A stretch of DNA of 64,000 nucleotides from positions 60,822,001 to 60,886,000 of the forward strand of contig NC_058368.1 in assembly GCF_018350175.1 (NCBI RefSeq), written 5' to 3'. This DNA comes from Felis catus (Eukaryota). A program made the translations under genes and the position numbers. The notes beneath the pieces are model-generated. The model did not search any database and was not told the DNA's origin. It worked only from the letters and a program-made list of their open reading frames with translations. Positions 50,465-63,724 of the stretch are shown in pieces (the stretch's first letter is position 1; the number at the start of each line of letters is the position of its first letter).

Positions 50465-50686
50465 TTTTTTTTTTTTAATTTTTTTTTTTCAACGTTTATT
50501 TTTGGGACAGAGAGAGACAGCATGAACGGGGGAGGGGCAGAGAGAGAGGGAGACACAGAATCGGAAACAGGCTCCAGGCTCTGAGCCATCAGCCCAGAGC
50601 CCGACGCGGGGCTCGAACTCCCGGACCGCGAGATCGTGACCTGGCTGAAGTCGGATGCTTAACCGACTGCGCCACCCAGGTGCCCC
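50465..50686 (-). mobile_element. Young SINEC_Fc with ~16-bp TSD
   Basis: Nearly identical to the 5335 copy, CpGs intact; TSD ccccaataactttttt. Confidence 0.97.
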
Positions 50687-51273
50687 CCCCAATAACTTTT
50701 TTAAAAAGCAGTTGAAACAACCTTTGAACATCTCCTTATTACTATTTGAAAACATTTTAGATGCATTGGTCATGAATTACATAACAAAAGGGATAAAAAC
50801 TAATCATAATTATTACCTAAACTGTTAATTATTCCCTGGACTCTGCTTGAGAATATTTCTGCTTAAATAAAACTAATGTAATTAGTTATTTCCTTGGTCT
50901 TACAAATTAGTTACTAAATATCCCAAGATAAAGACAGATTTAGTTCATGTCTCTTATTCTAACAGGCAAATGCACTAGCATGGTGCTACTCTCAATATTT
51001 ATATTGCTAGGGGTTTAAAAACTGTAGTAGCTTAGATCAAAAGGCAGTTTTTAAGTGTATATGTCAGGAGTTATTTGAATAACTTTATGGAGGGTTTCAA
51101 ATTTATTTACTCTTACAGTTAAATGACTTAGAATAAAGTTGTAAATCTGTATGATAGGGTTTTAGCCCTAAGTCCTAAGAAAAGCTCCAGTTAATACAAA
51201 TTCCAGCCTGAGGTTAGCAATTAGAGCACTTGGAAAGAATGTGCTGGCCATTCATAAATTTGATTATTTGTAG

Positions 51274-51327
51274 GTCGTGAGGCCTATTTTTATTATCAAG
51301 ACTACTTCCCAGATTATTTCGATAAAT
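51274..51327 (+). other. Candidate 54-nt symmetric micro-exon
   Basis: tgattatttgtAG|GT CGT GAG GCC … GAT AAA T|GTAAAC; open frame xREAYFYYQDYFPDYFDK. Donor is weak. Confidence 0.3.
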
Positions 51328-52359
51328 GTAAACTGTAGTTTAATTATAGCAATGGCTTTTTCAGAATGGTTTGATTAAGGATTTCGAATGTTTTATGTAA
51401 GGCAATTTAAGAGTTTAGGTGATATTAGCATAATATGCTACCATGTGTTCGTTAATAAAGTTGAATTTTTCATGTTTTCTTACTATATCTAGCTGATAAT
51501 GCTGTTATGACTTGAAGTAAAGAATAGTGCAGTGCTTATTAGCTCCTCAGAATAGAATGTACTCTAAAATAATTGCTGTGTATGAAGCTGATTGTCTATC
51601 AAATCTGAATGTAACTAAACATAAATCTCAAGATACAGTGGCATCCTTGAGCAGAACATAGAAACAAAAATGTTAACGATGACAAGTCACTTCACAAAAA
51701 CATGGTACAAACAGGAATTTAAAAGTTCACTCCTACAGGTTAATTCTGAAGGCGCTGTGCCTTTATACTGGTATTAAACGAATGGCAGGTGGTGGGAACC
51801 AGTTTCTCACTATTCTAGCCTTCTCCCTTTATCTGTAGCTTCCTCCTCCAATAAACTATGTACTGGGTTAGAGCTAGACGCATCAGTATGAACTGTTTAT
51901 CATATGAACAATCATAAATGTTTGCACCCATGGGGTAGGTCAAACCCAGAAATAGCAAAATTAAAATCCCCAAATACAGTATTTAGTAAGTTTATTGTGT
52001 ATATAAGAACAGTTGAACTGGGAGTTGTCAAATTGGCAACAGAATGAGTCTCAAATGTATACTGTAAAATAGCTTCTATAGTAGGAATTCAGAGAATGTT
52101 TACAAAGTTTGGCTATAGCATTAGTTTTCCTAGTGATAAGAGATTGTTAAAAGTAGTTAAGCTGTCCCCCAAAGCTGGCATGGCATAAGCTTCACTTAAG
52201 ATTTTCAGAGTCCTCTATAAGAAGCAGCCCAAACTAGTTTTTGTCTCTTTTTCAGAAAAAAATCAAGTTTTGCTTACAGGGCTTGAATGGTCTTGTCTGT
52301 TCCAGGAATTTTCCAGGTTGGTCTCCATTTTGTGTTTCTGGGTTCTTATGGAAAGAACC

Positions 52360-53400
52360 TAAAAGCAACAATGTCCCAGTGGCAATGAGCATACCCAACA
52401 CCCATAGTTTGGTTTCTAAAACTATTCCTGGAGAAATGGCTGATACCAGAGCAATCTATGAAATATACAAGATGAGCCTTAAGCACCTTAGTACCAGAAA
52501 GCAAATAAGAAAAAATGCAGTGATGGTGGTATGTCAAAGAGAAACCAGAGTAACTGAAAACTCCCAGTGGCCATAGCTGGAAAACTTTGAGTAATGTAGC
52601 ATTAGGTTATAACCAAAACTATAAAGACCTGCAAATCCATATTGGTAAATAATTGAATATATAAATGGAGGAGAGATGACAGTTTCTCCTTAAAAGAATT
52701 TCATATAACTTAGTTTCCCCCTCCTTAAGGTCTTTATCCCTTAAGTGTGGCTTATGCTTAGTAATTGGCTTTCAAGGATTGCAGTAAGAAAAGGATGGTG
52801 GTTATCTTATAGTGCAGAAACCTGTCTCTCAGCCAGGTAATCAAAGCTAGCATCATCAATGTTTACTTGTGTTAGTAGCTAATCTTTCTATTACATGGTG
52901 AGCTCTATTAATGGTTCTTTCCTGTGTGGTCATTCTGCTAAAAGCCCACATCTGCCTTCTTACCGTGAGAAATTTCTCCTACAAACTTGAATTGAGGTAC
53001 ATTCTATGGAATACCTGACCTATGTCTCCCAAGACCATCAAAAATAAGAAAACCTTGAGAACATGTCCTAGCCCAGAAGTGCCTAAGAGGACCTGATTAA
53101 TGGAATACCATGTCCTAGATGTGACTGTGCAACAGGAATAAATAAGGGGGAAACTAATGAAATCCAANNNNNNNNNNNNNNNNNNNNNNNNNNNNNNNNN
53201 NNNNNNNNNNNNNNNNNNNNNNNNNNNNNNNNNNNNNNNNNNNNNNNNNNNNNNNNNNNNNNNNNNNNNNNNNNNNNNNNNNNNNNNNNNNNNNNNNNNN
53301 NNNNNNNNNNNNNNNNNNNNNNNNNNNNNNNNNNNNNGCAAAGCTGTCTACAGTTGAAAGACACTCGCCTACCCTCCTTTGATTCCATGTAGTTCATATC
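52360..53400 (+). mobile_element. Ancient L1 3'UTR (L1MC3/4-type)
   Basis: gaaaaccttgagaacatgtcctagcccagaagtgcctaagagg…gggaaactaatgaaatccaa. Confidence 0.7.
53168..53337. other. Assembly gap (170 N)
   Basis: N run. Confidence 1.
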
Positions 53401-55289
53401 TTTTAATGTTCTACATTTTAAACTACAATAAGTGTCATTAGGATAGCTTCATTATGGCTTGTATTTGTAGTGTCTTTTGTTTAGTAATTCCTATTGGTAA
53501 AATCACTAAAGTGCTCAGAAAAAAAGAAATCCTCATTTCTTGTAATATGCTTATGAAAACTGGTTTTGCCTGATTTGCCTGATACGGTGTTGGGTGTACC
53601 AGGATTACAAAAAAATGCCAAAAAAACCAAAAACAACCAAAAAACAAAAACAGTAAAATAGACCTTGAAATACTGAGAGATCACTGTTAAAAATAAATAA
53701 CCACTGCTGTACCTGAAGCCTTTTTGTGATCAACTAAGCTGACAAAACTAGCTCTAGTGTTTATTTTTTCCTGTCTTCTGACTTCTAACTTTTGTGATTC
53801 TTTGTTCTGTTAGTCTATTTTTCCACATGGACTATTTTATTTTTTTAAAAAACTGAAATACAGTTTCTCAGAAGATTTTAAAATTATTTTTAGGTTTTTA
53901 TATTGGGCAGTAGATCATTCAGCAAGAATAGACTAATGTGCTGAAACCAAAGGCAATAAAAACTAAAGTTTCTTAATCTGAGAGAATAGGACTAATATCA
54001 ATTGTCTGTCTTCAAGGCAATATTATCCAGTTTATGGACCATTCTTTGGCTCAAATTTTGGTCAGGTATATATCTGGTCATAAACTCTGTGCTACCAAAA
54101 TGTGTAGGGAAATGATACTATTAAACTCCAATACATTTTTATTTCTTACACTAGCTTTTGAATAACTTCTTCAAACCACATTACCAACCCATTTACTTTT
54201 TCTTTGTATTACAGTGTTCAGGGTAATACCTTGTGTTTTATTTTTATCTCCTATTTATACTTCATTGAGAAATGCTTTCATTGAGTAGGTTTTAAAATCA
54301 TTTTGTAAGTGCTTCTATGGCCTACAAAGAATACATACACTTAGCCTATTACATAAATGGTGATTTGGATAAATGCCATGTATTAATGGCTAGCTTGCAG
54401 ACTTGCTTAGACAATTCTAATCCCACTTGCCCTCCCCCCATAAATGAGTGCAGAACATAAACTGAGTTCAAGAAACCACATTTTTATGTAGAGTACTCAG
54501 ATTGAAATGAAATTGCCAGAGATAATAAAATGGCAAAACCTATTTGTATGATGCTTATGTGACTCAGCTATTTTTGGATGTGTTGATATTTTAAGGAAGA
54601 GACATTATTGGCGTAATTTTGAATTAACTTAAAAATCAGCATAAGATTCTGAAAAGATTGAGCTTAAATGAATCCTGTACTTGCCATTGCTGCTGTTCAT
54701 TCCAGAAAACTCCTGAGGACATGCTCTTCAGGACATCGAGGGTATCAATGTCCATATAACTCATGGCCATATACACTGATGGCTACATCCATTCCAAGAT
54801 TTTTGAGGGAGAAATTGGAATGATTTCAAGTTGATACAAAAGAATCTTGAACTGGCAGAGTTTCAGTGGTATGGATATAGAGGTCCAAGACCTAGGGTCT
54901 GGAGTGAGAGCCAGGTCTGCAAAGATGCATGTTCCCTGAGTCTTAGACTATCATGACCCTAGGGGGTATCCTGCTTGAACTATAGAGTATGAGAGTTGTT
55001 GTTTTGGCAAGACCAGTTAGCTTCACTGGATCCTAGGAAGCTGCAGGGTAGTTTCTCTCTCCTTAAAACTGGTGAGTATTTAACTGTAAAGCTTTGTAGC
55101 AAAGAGTACTTTAGGGAAGGGGCTATCAACCTAGTCACTGATGCTGTATCTATATAACACCCAGACTGTTGTGCTTTTATCAATGAGAGGTTGCTTTGTT
55201 CATAAGCCCTTTAAAACTGTACCTGAGCTACACTGAGCAAGCAAATGGAAAACTTGCCAAGGAGATTCAGCCATAGTAAATGAGAAACG

Positions 55290-55700
55290 TGTTAACCACA
55301 AAAATTGATCCCAATAAATAAGGAATATAATTTATTCAAATAGTGTTCATTTCAGTAGGACAGGATATACTATTTGATGTATACTAGAACTAAATATCCA
55401 TTTGGAAAGAAATTTGAAAACTTAACATAATCCAGATAGGTTTAGGAAGTTAAATGTTAAAAGTAGAAAAACAAATTTAGAAAAAAAATATCCAAGAGAA
55501 TACATAACAATGTTGGGAGTGACTTTTAAAAAAACTAAAAATCTTTGCTCTAAAAAGGAATCTAACCAGACTTACACAAAAGTTTAATGTTTTGGAGATG
55601 TGAAAACATAACTCAATATCTAGATGGCAGGAAAAATCTAGTTGAGTAGATATTTGTAGTATAGTTGCAGGAAAAAAAAATGACAAAGATCAATGACCAA
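55290..55700 (+). mobile_element. Old L1 ORF2 late segment, plus strand
   Basis: atttattcaaatagtg…aaatatccatttggaaag…ccagataggtttaggaagttaaatgttaaaag. Confidence 0.55.
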
Positions 55701-57781
55701 ATTCACGTTAACTTGTATGTGAAATACAAGCTAAATGTTGACGTTCCCCTGTCAAAATGAATGTTGAACTGTCTCAGCTACCTTTCATCATTGATTTTTG
55801 TATTTTGTAAAGTCTATTGGCCATGAGCCCATTCATTGAACTGTGTTCTGATCTGTTGATCTATATATGGTTATCTTTGTGCTGGTACCACACTGTCTTG
55901 ATAACTGTAGATTTAGAGAAAGTCTTGATCACATGGTAAAAGCCATAAATGTTGACTTCTTCTCAAAAACTATACTGGTTCATTTAATTTTCAAAAATTT
56001 TATAACTGGCTTGTCAATTTCTATCAAACTGCTGGTATTTTGATCAGGATTTCACTGAATCAGTAGATAACTTGTTTTTTGTGTTTAACATGTAAATTTA
56101 ACAATATTCACTCATTCTTTGAATACAGAAACAGGAGCTGTCTCCATTTATTTAGATCTTTGGTTTGTTTCAGCAGTGTATTGTCTTTAAGTGCACAGGT
56201 CTTGGATATATTTATTACTCTACAGTGTTTAACGTTTGACTTTCCAGTTCAGTATTAAGGGTATGTGCTTGTGAAATAGATGCACAAACATACACACCTT
56301 GTGTACACATGGTCTTCTTAAACTCAGTAGTTCTAGTGGCTTTTTCAGGGACTTGTGATTAAAAGCAATTCATTTGTATTTCTTACTCTTGTCCACTAGG
56401 ATATAAAAAAAGTTGAATAGCTGAACGTGGACATTTTTGCCTTGTTCTTGATCCTTAGGGTCCAAGCAGATAGAAACACTTAATCTTTTAACAGTAAGTA
56501 AAATATTAGATGTAAGTTTTATGTAGATGGCCTGTTCAAATTAAATTCCCTACTATGCTCAGTTTATAGATCTTATATTCATTTATATCATGAGTAGGTG
56601 TTGAAGTTGCCAGTATTTATCTCCAGCTATTGCGATCATGATTTTTAGTTACAAGGCCAAATAATATTTTTAATTCAGTTGCTTTTCACTTGGTAATGCA
56701 GTCATTTATTCCTGAGAAAATACAACTTGGCTTATTTTTATATATTGGTAGATTTGATTTAAAATCTTAAGGATCGTTGCATCAAATTTATAATGGATAT
56801 TGGCCTGTAGTATTTTTTTTAAATCCGTATGTACAGAGCTTAAGTTTACTTGGACAGTGTCCGTTTATATTCTGAGTATTTAATGAATTGGCATTGTTCT
56901 CTCCTAAATCTTTGTTGGATTTCAACTGTGAAGTCCATTGCACCTAGATTATTTTTGTGAGTTTTCCTGTTTAGATGCAGATTATCTATTTTTTTTTTTT
57001 TTTTAGTTAACTTCAGTGGTTTGTCTTCTGAAGAATCTTTCCATTTCATCTAAGTTCTCCAAATAAAGGAATAGAATGAGTACTTGGTGCTACTCCTTTG
57101 TGATCCTTTCAATGCATGTAATACCAGGAATATCTAGTCTTTCATTCTTGATACTGGTTTTGTGACTTTATCTCTCTTCCTAATTAGTCTAGCTGTGATT
57201 TTTTTTTAAATATTTCTTTGCTCTTTTCAAAAAGACCATTCATACCCTTGATTTTTATCTTTTTCCCATTTTGATTTCTGCTTTTATCTCATTTTCTCAC
57301 GTATTTTGATCTGTCATAAGGTGTGTATATATACAGCCAGGATTGTTGTGTTCTTATAAAATCTGTTCCTGGTATCGTTTCTTGTCTAGAAGTCTACCTT
57401 GTTGTATTGCTTTTGAGTAGTGTTTGTTGCATGTTATACTTCTATCTTTAACCTATCTTCCTTTCTATTTTGAAAGTGGGTTCTTAAAATGTACATATAT
57501 ATATATACACATATATATGCATGCGCACGCACATACATACATATACACACAGAGTCTTGATCACCCAGCCTTAAGTTTTTATCTAAGAGTGTTCAAATCA
57601 ATTACATTTAATGTGCTTTTTGATCTGTGATTAGGTTTGAATCCATTTTGTCCAAATTCCATTTTGTGTCCTATTTGTTAAACTCTTCTTGCTTTCTGTT
57701 GGAATATTAGTCTAATATTTCATTCTATCTTTATTCACTTGTTAGCTTTGCCTTTTTATATTTTTTATTCTAAGACAGTGA

Positions 57782-57990
57782 CTTTCTACTAGAGGTTGAT
57801 TTTGCCCCCACCCCAATGGTGTTTTTGTCAGTGTCTAGAGATATTTTTGGTGGTTACATTGTGGGGAGTGTGTATGTACTCTAATAGCATTTAGTGAATA
57901 GAGGCTAATGAATCTGCTCAACATCCTAAAATGCACAAGATAGAATTATCTCACCCAAAAGGTCATTGGTGCCAAGATTAAGGAACCCAT
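57782..57990 (+). mobile_element. MER20
   Basis: gattttgccccc…gtgtctagagatatttttgg…aacatcctaaaatgcacaag…aaggaaccc. Confidence 0.8.
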
Positions 57991-58134
57991 CTAAGAAGTA
58001 TAACATTTTATCAAATGTTACAGTAATTCTGTTATACTCTAAAACTCCTAAATCAGTGTTATTTCTATTCTTGCCCATCATGTGTACTACTATGCATTTT
58101 TTTCTGCATATATTCTAAGCCTCCTATCCATTGT

Positions 58135-58333
58135 TGGGTTTTTTTTGTCGTTTTTTTTTTTTTTTTTCCACTGAGAGTGTGCAAGTGGTGGGAGAGGCAG
58201 AGAAATGAGAGAGAATCCCAAGCAGGCTCCATGCTGTCAGCACAGACAGGGCTCAATCCCATGAACCATGAAATCATGACTTGAGTTGTGAAATCAAGAG
58301 TTGGAATTAACCCACTGAGCCACCCAGATGCCC
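58135..58333 (-). mobile_element. Can-SINE
   Basis: Reverse SINE. Confidence 0.9.
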
Positions 58334-59849
58334 TGGTTTCATGTTTTAAAGAGATTAAGAAAATGTTTCAGACTCTAATTATCTTAAGGTGTCCTTTCAC
58401 TTTACCCTGAAGTGTTGTTGGCAATTAGTTTTCCTATTCTGAGAAAGGCTTTATTTTGCCTTTATTTTTAAAATATATTTTCGTAATGCATAGGATTCAG
58501 TATTTTTCTTAGTATTTTCATGATCTGTTACCAATCTTGAATAGTTGCACTAAGCTTGCTGTTATCCTTATTGGTCATATATATTGACTTTTCCAACTGG
58601 TATTAAAATTTTCCCTTTATTCAGTAGTTTTATTATGTACCTTGATATGGTTTTCTTGTGCTTTCAGGTTATCAGACTTGAATCTGTGGATTCATACTTC
58701 CGATCGAGTTTAGACTCTTCTCGCTATTTAAATATTCTACTTACCCATGTACTTTTTCCAGGATTCTAATGATCTATCTATTAAGCTATTAGGTTTTTAT
58801 CCCTCAGATTAATGAGGCTGTGCTGATCTTTGGATAATTTTTGTGCTTCATTTTGGATAGCAAAATGTCTTAAGTTCATCTTTAATATGTAGTCTACTGT
58901 TAATCACATCCAGCTTAATATTTGAGATTTTAATATTTCAGCATACTAACTGTATTTATACATTACTAACATATTTGTTATATGGGGTCAGTTTCTTAGC
59001 TTTTGTAAAGACAGATCCAGAGCAGATTCTAATACTAATATGGCCCCACTATTAAAACATTGTATAGATTCTTCTGATGTCCTATGTATTGTGAGGTCTC
59101 TGGATCCTGACTGGGTGGAATGCAAATGGTTCCCAGCTCTAGGTGAACTCCAGGAACTATTTGATACACTGCTTGGCAATGGTTTGTATTGTTTTGGAGT
59201 TTTACACCATGCATATACAGAGAAATACTCTGCCAAGACTTGAAGGGAGAGTATCATGTGTAGTTCTATGGTTCTTGCTCTGTGCAGCTGCCTGAACTCC
59301 AGTGTCTATACATATTGTAGCTACCTTAGCCTTCCCGAACTCCAACATCTGTCTCTTCAATTCAGTAAGATTGCTAGGCTCTTATTTCACACACCTTTAC
59401 TGGGATTTGGAAACCGACTCCTGTGGTAATCCAGGACAATTGTAAGATTTACTTCATTTTTCACCTTCTCTTTGGTATCACAGTTCTGCAAGGTCTATAA
59501 GCCAATATCTGAAAACTGCCTTTTCATATATTTTGTTCAGTTTTCCAGGCGTTTATGATGGGATTACAATTCCTGACTCAAGCTTTTTGGAGCTGTTGAG
59601 TGAACTTTAAAATACATAAACTAGAATACTCTCTGAGCTTTCAAACATCAGACTTATATATTTTTAGAACTTTATTAAAATTTGATTCTTGACCTTTTAT
59701 TGAAATGGAATTCTCTACTGTGAAATAAAGCATATATTAAATGTTTCTGCCCCTCAATCCTGTCTACCTTCTGCTAGAAACACATAGCTCCTGATAACAC
59801 ACACTCAGAAAACACATACATATGATATACACACTTGCAGTGAGTGTGC

Positions 59850-60430
59850 TCTTGGGAAATATCCCCATTTCCAAATCCTTTCAATTATCAGCATTAGACA
59901 CTATTGCTCCTTGAAACACCATATTCCTTTTGCTTTCAGAACACCACTATCCCTTCTCGTACCAGGTTGTTTCTACTCCTGATTTACTTTTGTTCCCTCA
60001 GATATCATTGTGGAATGCTCTGGGGCTTAGTGTTTGGTACTCCAATCTGTGCTTACTCCTTTGATCTCAGTTTCATATAACATCTATAAGCCAACAACTA
60101 CATATTTATCTCCAGCTGGACCTCTTATCTGAACACTAAATTCACATATCTAAATACTTTAACATTTCTACTCAAATCTCCACTAAATACTTAAATGATA
60201 TTCTGTGAAACAATGTTTCTTCCATCCAAAAACAGCTTCACTTTTACTCCCTTCTCTCTAACTTGATGACATCATCCTTCCACCTGATTTTTCTTGGCTC
60301 ATGACCTTTTTTTTTTTTTTGACAGTAGTCAGTGTCAGGAATTATGGTGCTGCCTTCCAAATTTATCTAGGGTCTAATTCTGCCTCTTCTACCACCTGAT
60401 GCTGCCCAACCATTATTTCTATACTACAAT
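59850..60430 (+). mobile_element. L2 ORF2 fragment
   Basis: ctccttgaaacaccatattcctttt…catatttatctccagctggacctc. Confidence 0.6.
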
Positions 60431-61064
60431 GCATTTTAAATTAGCATATGAACCTAAGTTATAGGTACTTGAGCAATTTTTAAAAGCTTAATGTAAAGTG
60501 TGTACCATTAGGGCAGTAATTCAGGTGTTATTATATTATATTATAATTTAACTGCAAGGGAAAATGAACTTTCAAAGAGGTGGTTAAGGCCCAAAATGAT
60601 TTTATTGAAAGGACTTAGATATAATTCATGTAACACACACACACACACACAAATAGTAAATATAGCATGAACACCTGGAAAAGTAAGGAAATGACAAACT
60701 GGGAAAAAGTTGTATTATCTCACCTTTCTGGAGTATGAGGATTTCTGCCTTACCCTTTATTGCTAGGACAGCTTTTACTGTCAGTTGATCCCTAGCTCTG
60801 GATGGAGATGCTCACCCATGTCCGGAACACTTAATACTCATGTCAAACTCAGTATTATGATTGCTCAAAACCCATAATGGTCATTTCCAGTTGGGGATGC
60901 TCATGTTTATTCTTCCAGCTGGCTTAGGTTTCTTACACAAAACCACAGAATATAAAGATGAGCCTTTCAGGGCTGATAAACCTAAGAAGGTGGGTAAGGG
61001 TTCATAGAGACTTGAAGGAATTTTGATATAATCATTTTTACATAATGTATTCCTTTGTTTTATA

Positions 61065-61244
61065 TTTTGTTAGTAACGTTTATGTATTTTGAGACCCAGA
61101 GCACAAGCAGGGGAAGGGCGGAGAATCCCAAGCAGGTTGCAAGCTGTCAGCCCGGTGCAGAGCTTAATCTCATGAACAATGAGATCATGACCTGAGCCAA
61201 AATCAAGAGTTGGACATTTAACCCTCTGAACCACCCAGGGACCC
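61065..61244 (-). mobile_element. Can-SINE
   Basis: Reverse SINE. Confidence 0.9.
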
Positions 61245-61527
61245 TACACAATGTATTTCTAAGAAAAAAACTAAAGTTTCCAGAATGTAAGGAATTTTCC
61301 TAAGATCATACAGCAAATATCTGTGAACCTGTGTCTTTGATTTATGTAAACATGAACTCCAAAGTATGTATTTGTTTTATGTGAAGTGATTCATTCTTTC
61401 TAACCAAACACTGTCCTAGTCTAGTAGTAGTACTCAGGTTGTTATAGCTTCATAAAAATTTAAGTAGTTTATCATCCTTTAAGTAATGGAATTATGTAAT
61501 ATGTAAGAATATGTAACTGCTTTTTTA

Positions 61528-61731
61528 TTTTTAATTTTTTTTAATGTTTATTTTTGAGACAGAGAGCATGAACGGGGGAGGGTCAGAGAGAGGGAGACAC
61601 AGAATCTGAAACAGGCTCTAGGCTCCGAGCTGTCAGCACAGAGCCCAAGGCGGGGCTCGAACTCACGGACCGCGAGATCATGACCTGACCCGAAGTCGGC
61701 TGCCCAACCGACAGAGCCACCCAGGCGCCCC
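61528..61731 (-). mobile_element. SINEC_Fc with perfect 16-bp TSD
   Basis: TSD tgtaactgctttttta at 61512-61527 and 61732-61747. Confidence 0.96.
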
Positions 61732-61899
61732 TGTAACTGCTTTTTTAAATAAGATTTACCTACTAACAAATTTCTAAAGCACATTCCATCTACCTTCAGT
61801 AATCAAATGTAAGGTATGTAATGTTTATCAGTTTTGCTTTAGAGAATATGAAATGATCTTTAGGGTTCACTACATAATCTCACAATCTTGGATATTGTC

Positions 61900-62198
61900 T
61901 GTAGCAGTGACACAAAGGACACAGAATTTTCTTTGCAGGAAGCAGCTTTATTCCTGCCAGCATGGGCTCAGCAGGCTAAGACCAAAGGGCTGAGCCCCAA
62001 GCACGGTGGGGGGAGGGGGGGGAGTTGCCTTCTGTACAATTCTTGCTCTTTTGTCTCCCATATATAGTAACATACCGTCTGAATGTGGGGTCTGTTAGAG
62101 TCCTGAGGAATGTCATGCATGTGCACGTAGCCAGGTTACCTTCCCTTATCTTGAGATTTTGCCACATTCCTTAGGGATGGTCTATACATTTCCTACAC
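61900..62198 (-). mobile_element. Probable ERV solo LTR
   Basis: tgtagcagtg…ctttattcctgcc (antisense of AATAAA)…catttcctaca. Confidence 0.55.
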
Positions 62199-63002
62199 AC
62201 CTTTCAGAGGTCGATGTGGCAAGGAGACACTAAGCAGATAAGCTCACAGAATTTATAGAATTTTAACAGTGACAATATATATAAATCTGGGAAAACGGAT
62301 TTTTCTCAGAAAATATAAACATAGAAATATAGAGCATTTAAAACAATTGCTGTGAAACACTTAAAACAGTGACATAGTTCTATATCCATATAAAGAATCT
62401 GTGTGGTAAACAGTTTTATCCTAAAATGTCTGTTCAGTAATTATAGATATCAAAGTATTCTTGAAGATCTCTTAAATATAGCAATAAACTTACAAAAAGA
62501 GAAAATCTAGAATATGCTACAACTAGCAGATACCCTGAATGTAGTGAATGTGAATGTTTATGTAATGCTTGTAATATGAATAACAGATAATAACTATGAA
62601 GATATTCTTCAATTAAAAAGTCCTTTCTTTACCATTACCTTATCAGGTTTTTTGTTTTCCACATTACCCTGTGCTGTCTGCTCTAAAACTGGTAATTTGG
62701 CTTTTGTTCAACATTTTATATAAAAATAGCTTACATTTTACTACCTACTAGTTCCGTTTAATCTTTAATTTCTTGAATACATTCTAGAATATTTCAGTTG
62801 ATGGTGGAATTTTCCTATTGATGCTTAGCATCTCCCCAAATATATGTATATTGTATTGAAAGCTTCTATACTCTAGCTAACTTTCTTTTTCAAAGCAGAA
62901 ATTTCAATCTGGGCAGTCCCAGATTTTGTGCTCATAATTGGCTACATAATATTCCTGGATAAGTTATTAGCAACTCAAGACAACTGCTCCCACTCCCCCG
63001 CC

Positions 63003-63193
63003 TTTTTTTTTTAATTAAAATTTTGTTTATTTTTTGAGAGTGTGAGGGGCAGGGAGAGGAGACACAGAATCTGAAGCATGCTCCAGGCTCTGAGCTGTCA
63101 GCAGAGAGCCCGATGTGGGGCTTGAACTCACAGTGAGATCATGACCTGAGCCAACATTGGGGACCCAACTGACTGAGCCACCCAGTGGGCCCC
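63003..63193 (-). mobile_element. Can-SINE with 12-bp TSD
   Basis: TSD aagacaactgct at 62977-62988 and 63194-63205. Confidence 0.92.
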
Positions 63194-63509
63194 AAGACAA
63201 CTGCTTACCTGATGGAACTTTTATCCATCTTCCCCTCACCCTTAGGGTCCCTTCATGAAATGTCCCCATCTTAGTTTATAACATCTCCCCAATTTCACCA
63301 AAAATTTGGCAGTTGTTGTGGGGGGTGGAATCCATAAGATTTTGTTACTCCTTTCATGTGTTGAGGCTATATTCATAGAATAGGAAATCACACCTACCCA
63401 AACAGCAATGGTGTAGGATTCAACAAAGCATTTGCCAAAATCTATGTTTTCAGGAGGAATGTTGGCTAGAAATGATTAAATGTATTCATAGCTTTCGGAG
63501 ACACATAAT

Positions 63510-63724
63510 TTTATTTTTTATTTAAAAAAAATTTAATGTTTATTTCTGAGAGAGAGAGTTAGCATGAGCAGGGGAGGAGCAGAGAGAGGGAGACACAGAA
63601 TCCAAAGCAGGCTCTAGGATCTGAGCTGTCAGCACAGAGCCTGATGTGGGGCTCGAATTCGTGAACTGTGAGATCATACCTGAGCCAAAGTTGGATGCTT
63701 AACCAACTGAGCCACCCAGGTGCC
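63510..63724 (-). mobile_element. Can-SINE
   Basis: Reverse SINE. Confidence 0.93.

Larger units (their letters stand above)
55760..59620 (-). mobile_element. Ancient, heavily deleted L1M (5' region to mid-ORF2) interrupted by MER20 and a SINE
   Basis: Antisense ORF2 motifs (ctggtaccacactgtcttgataactgtag; gacatttttgccttgttcttgatc) and an L1M-type 5' region at 59040-59600. Confidence 0.7.

Noticed and set aside
59040-59243. Protein-like ORF MAPLLKHCIDSSDVLC… and the overlapping minus-strand ORF
   Set aside because: Lies in the 5' region of the ancient L1M, with no splice or promoter context.
2962-62373. Identical 18-mer acacttaaaacagtgaca near 2962 and 62356
   Set aside because: One AT-rich 18-mer match in 64 kb is plausible by chance, and the flanks do not extend the match.
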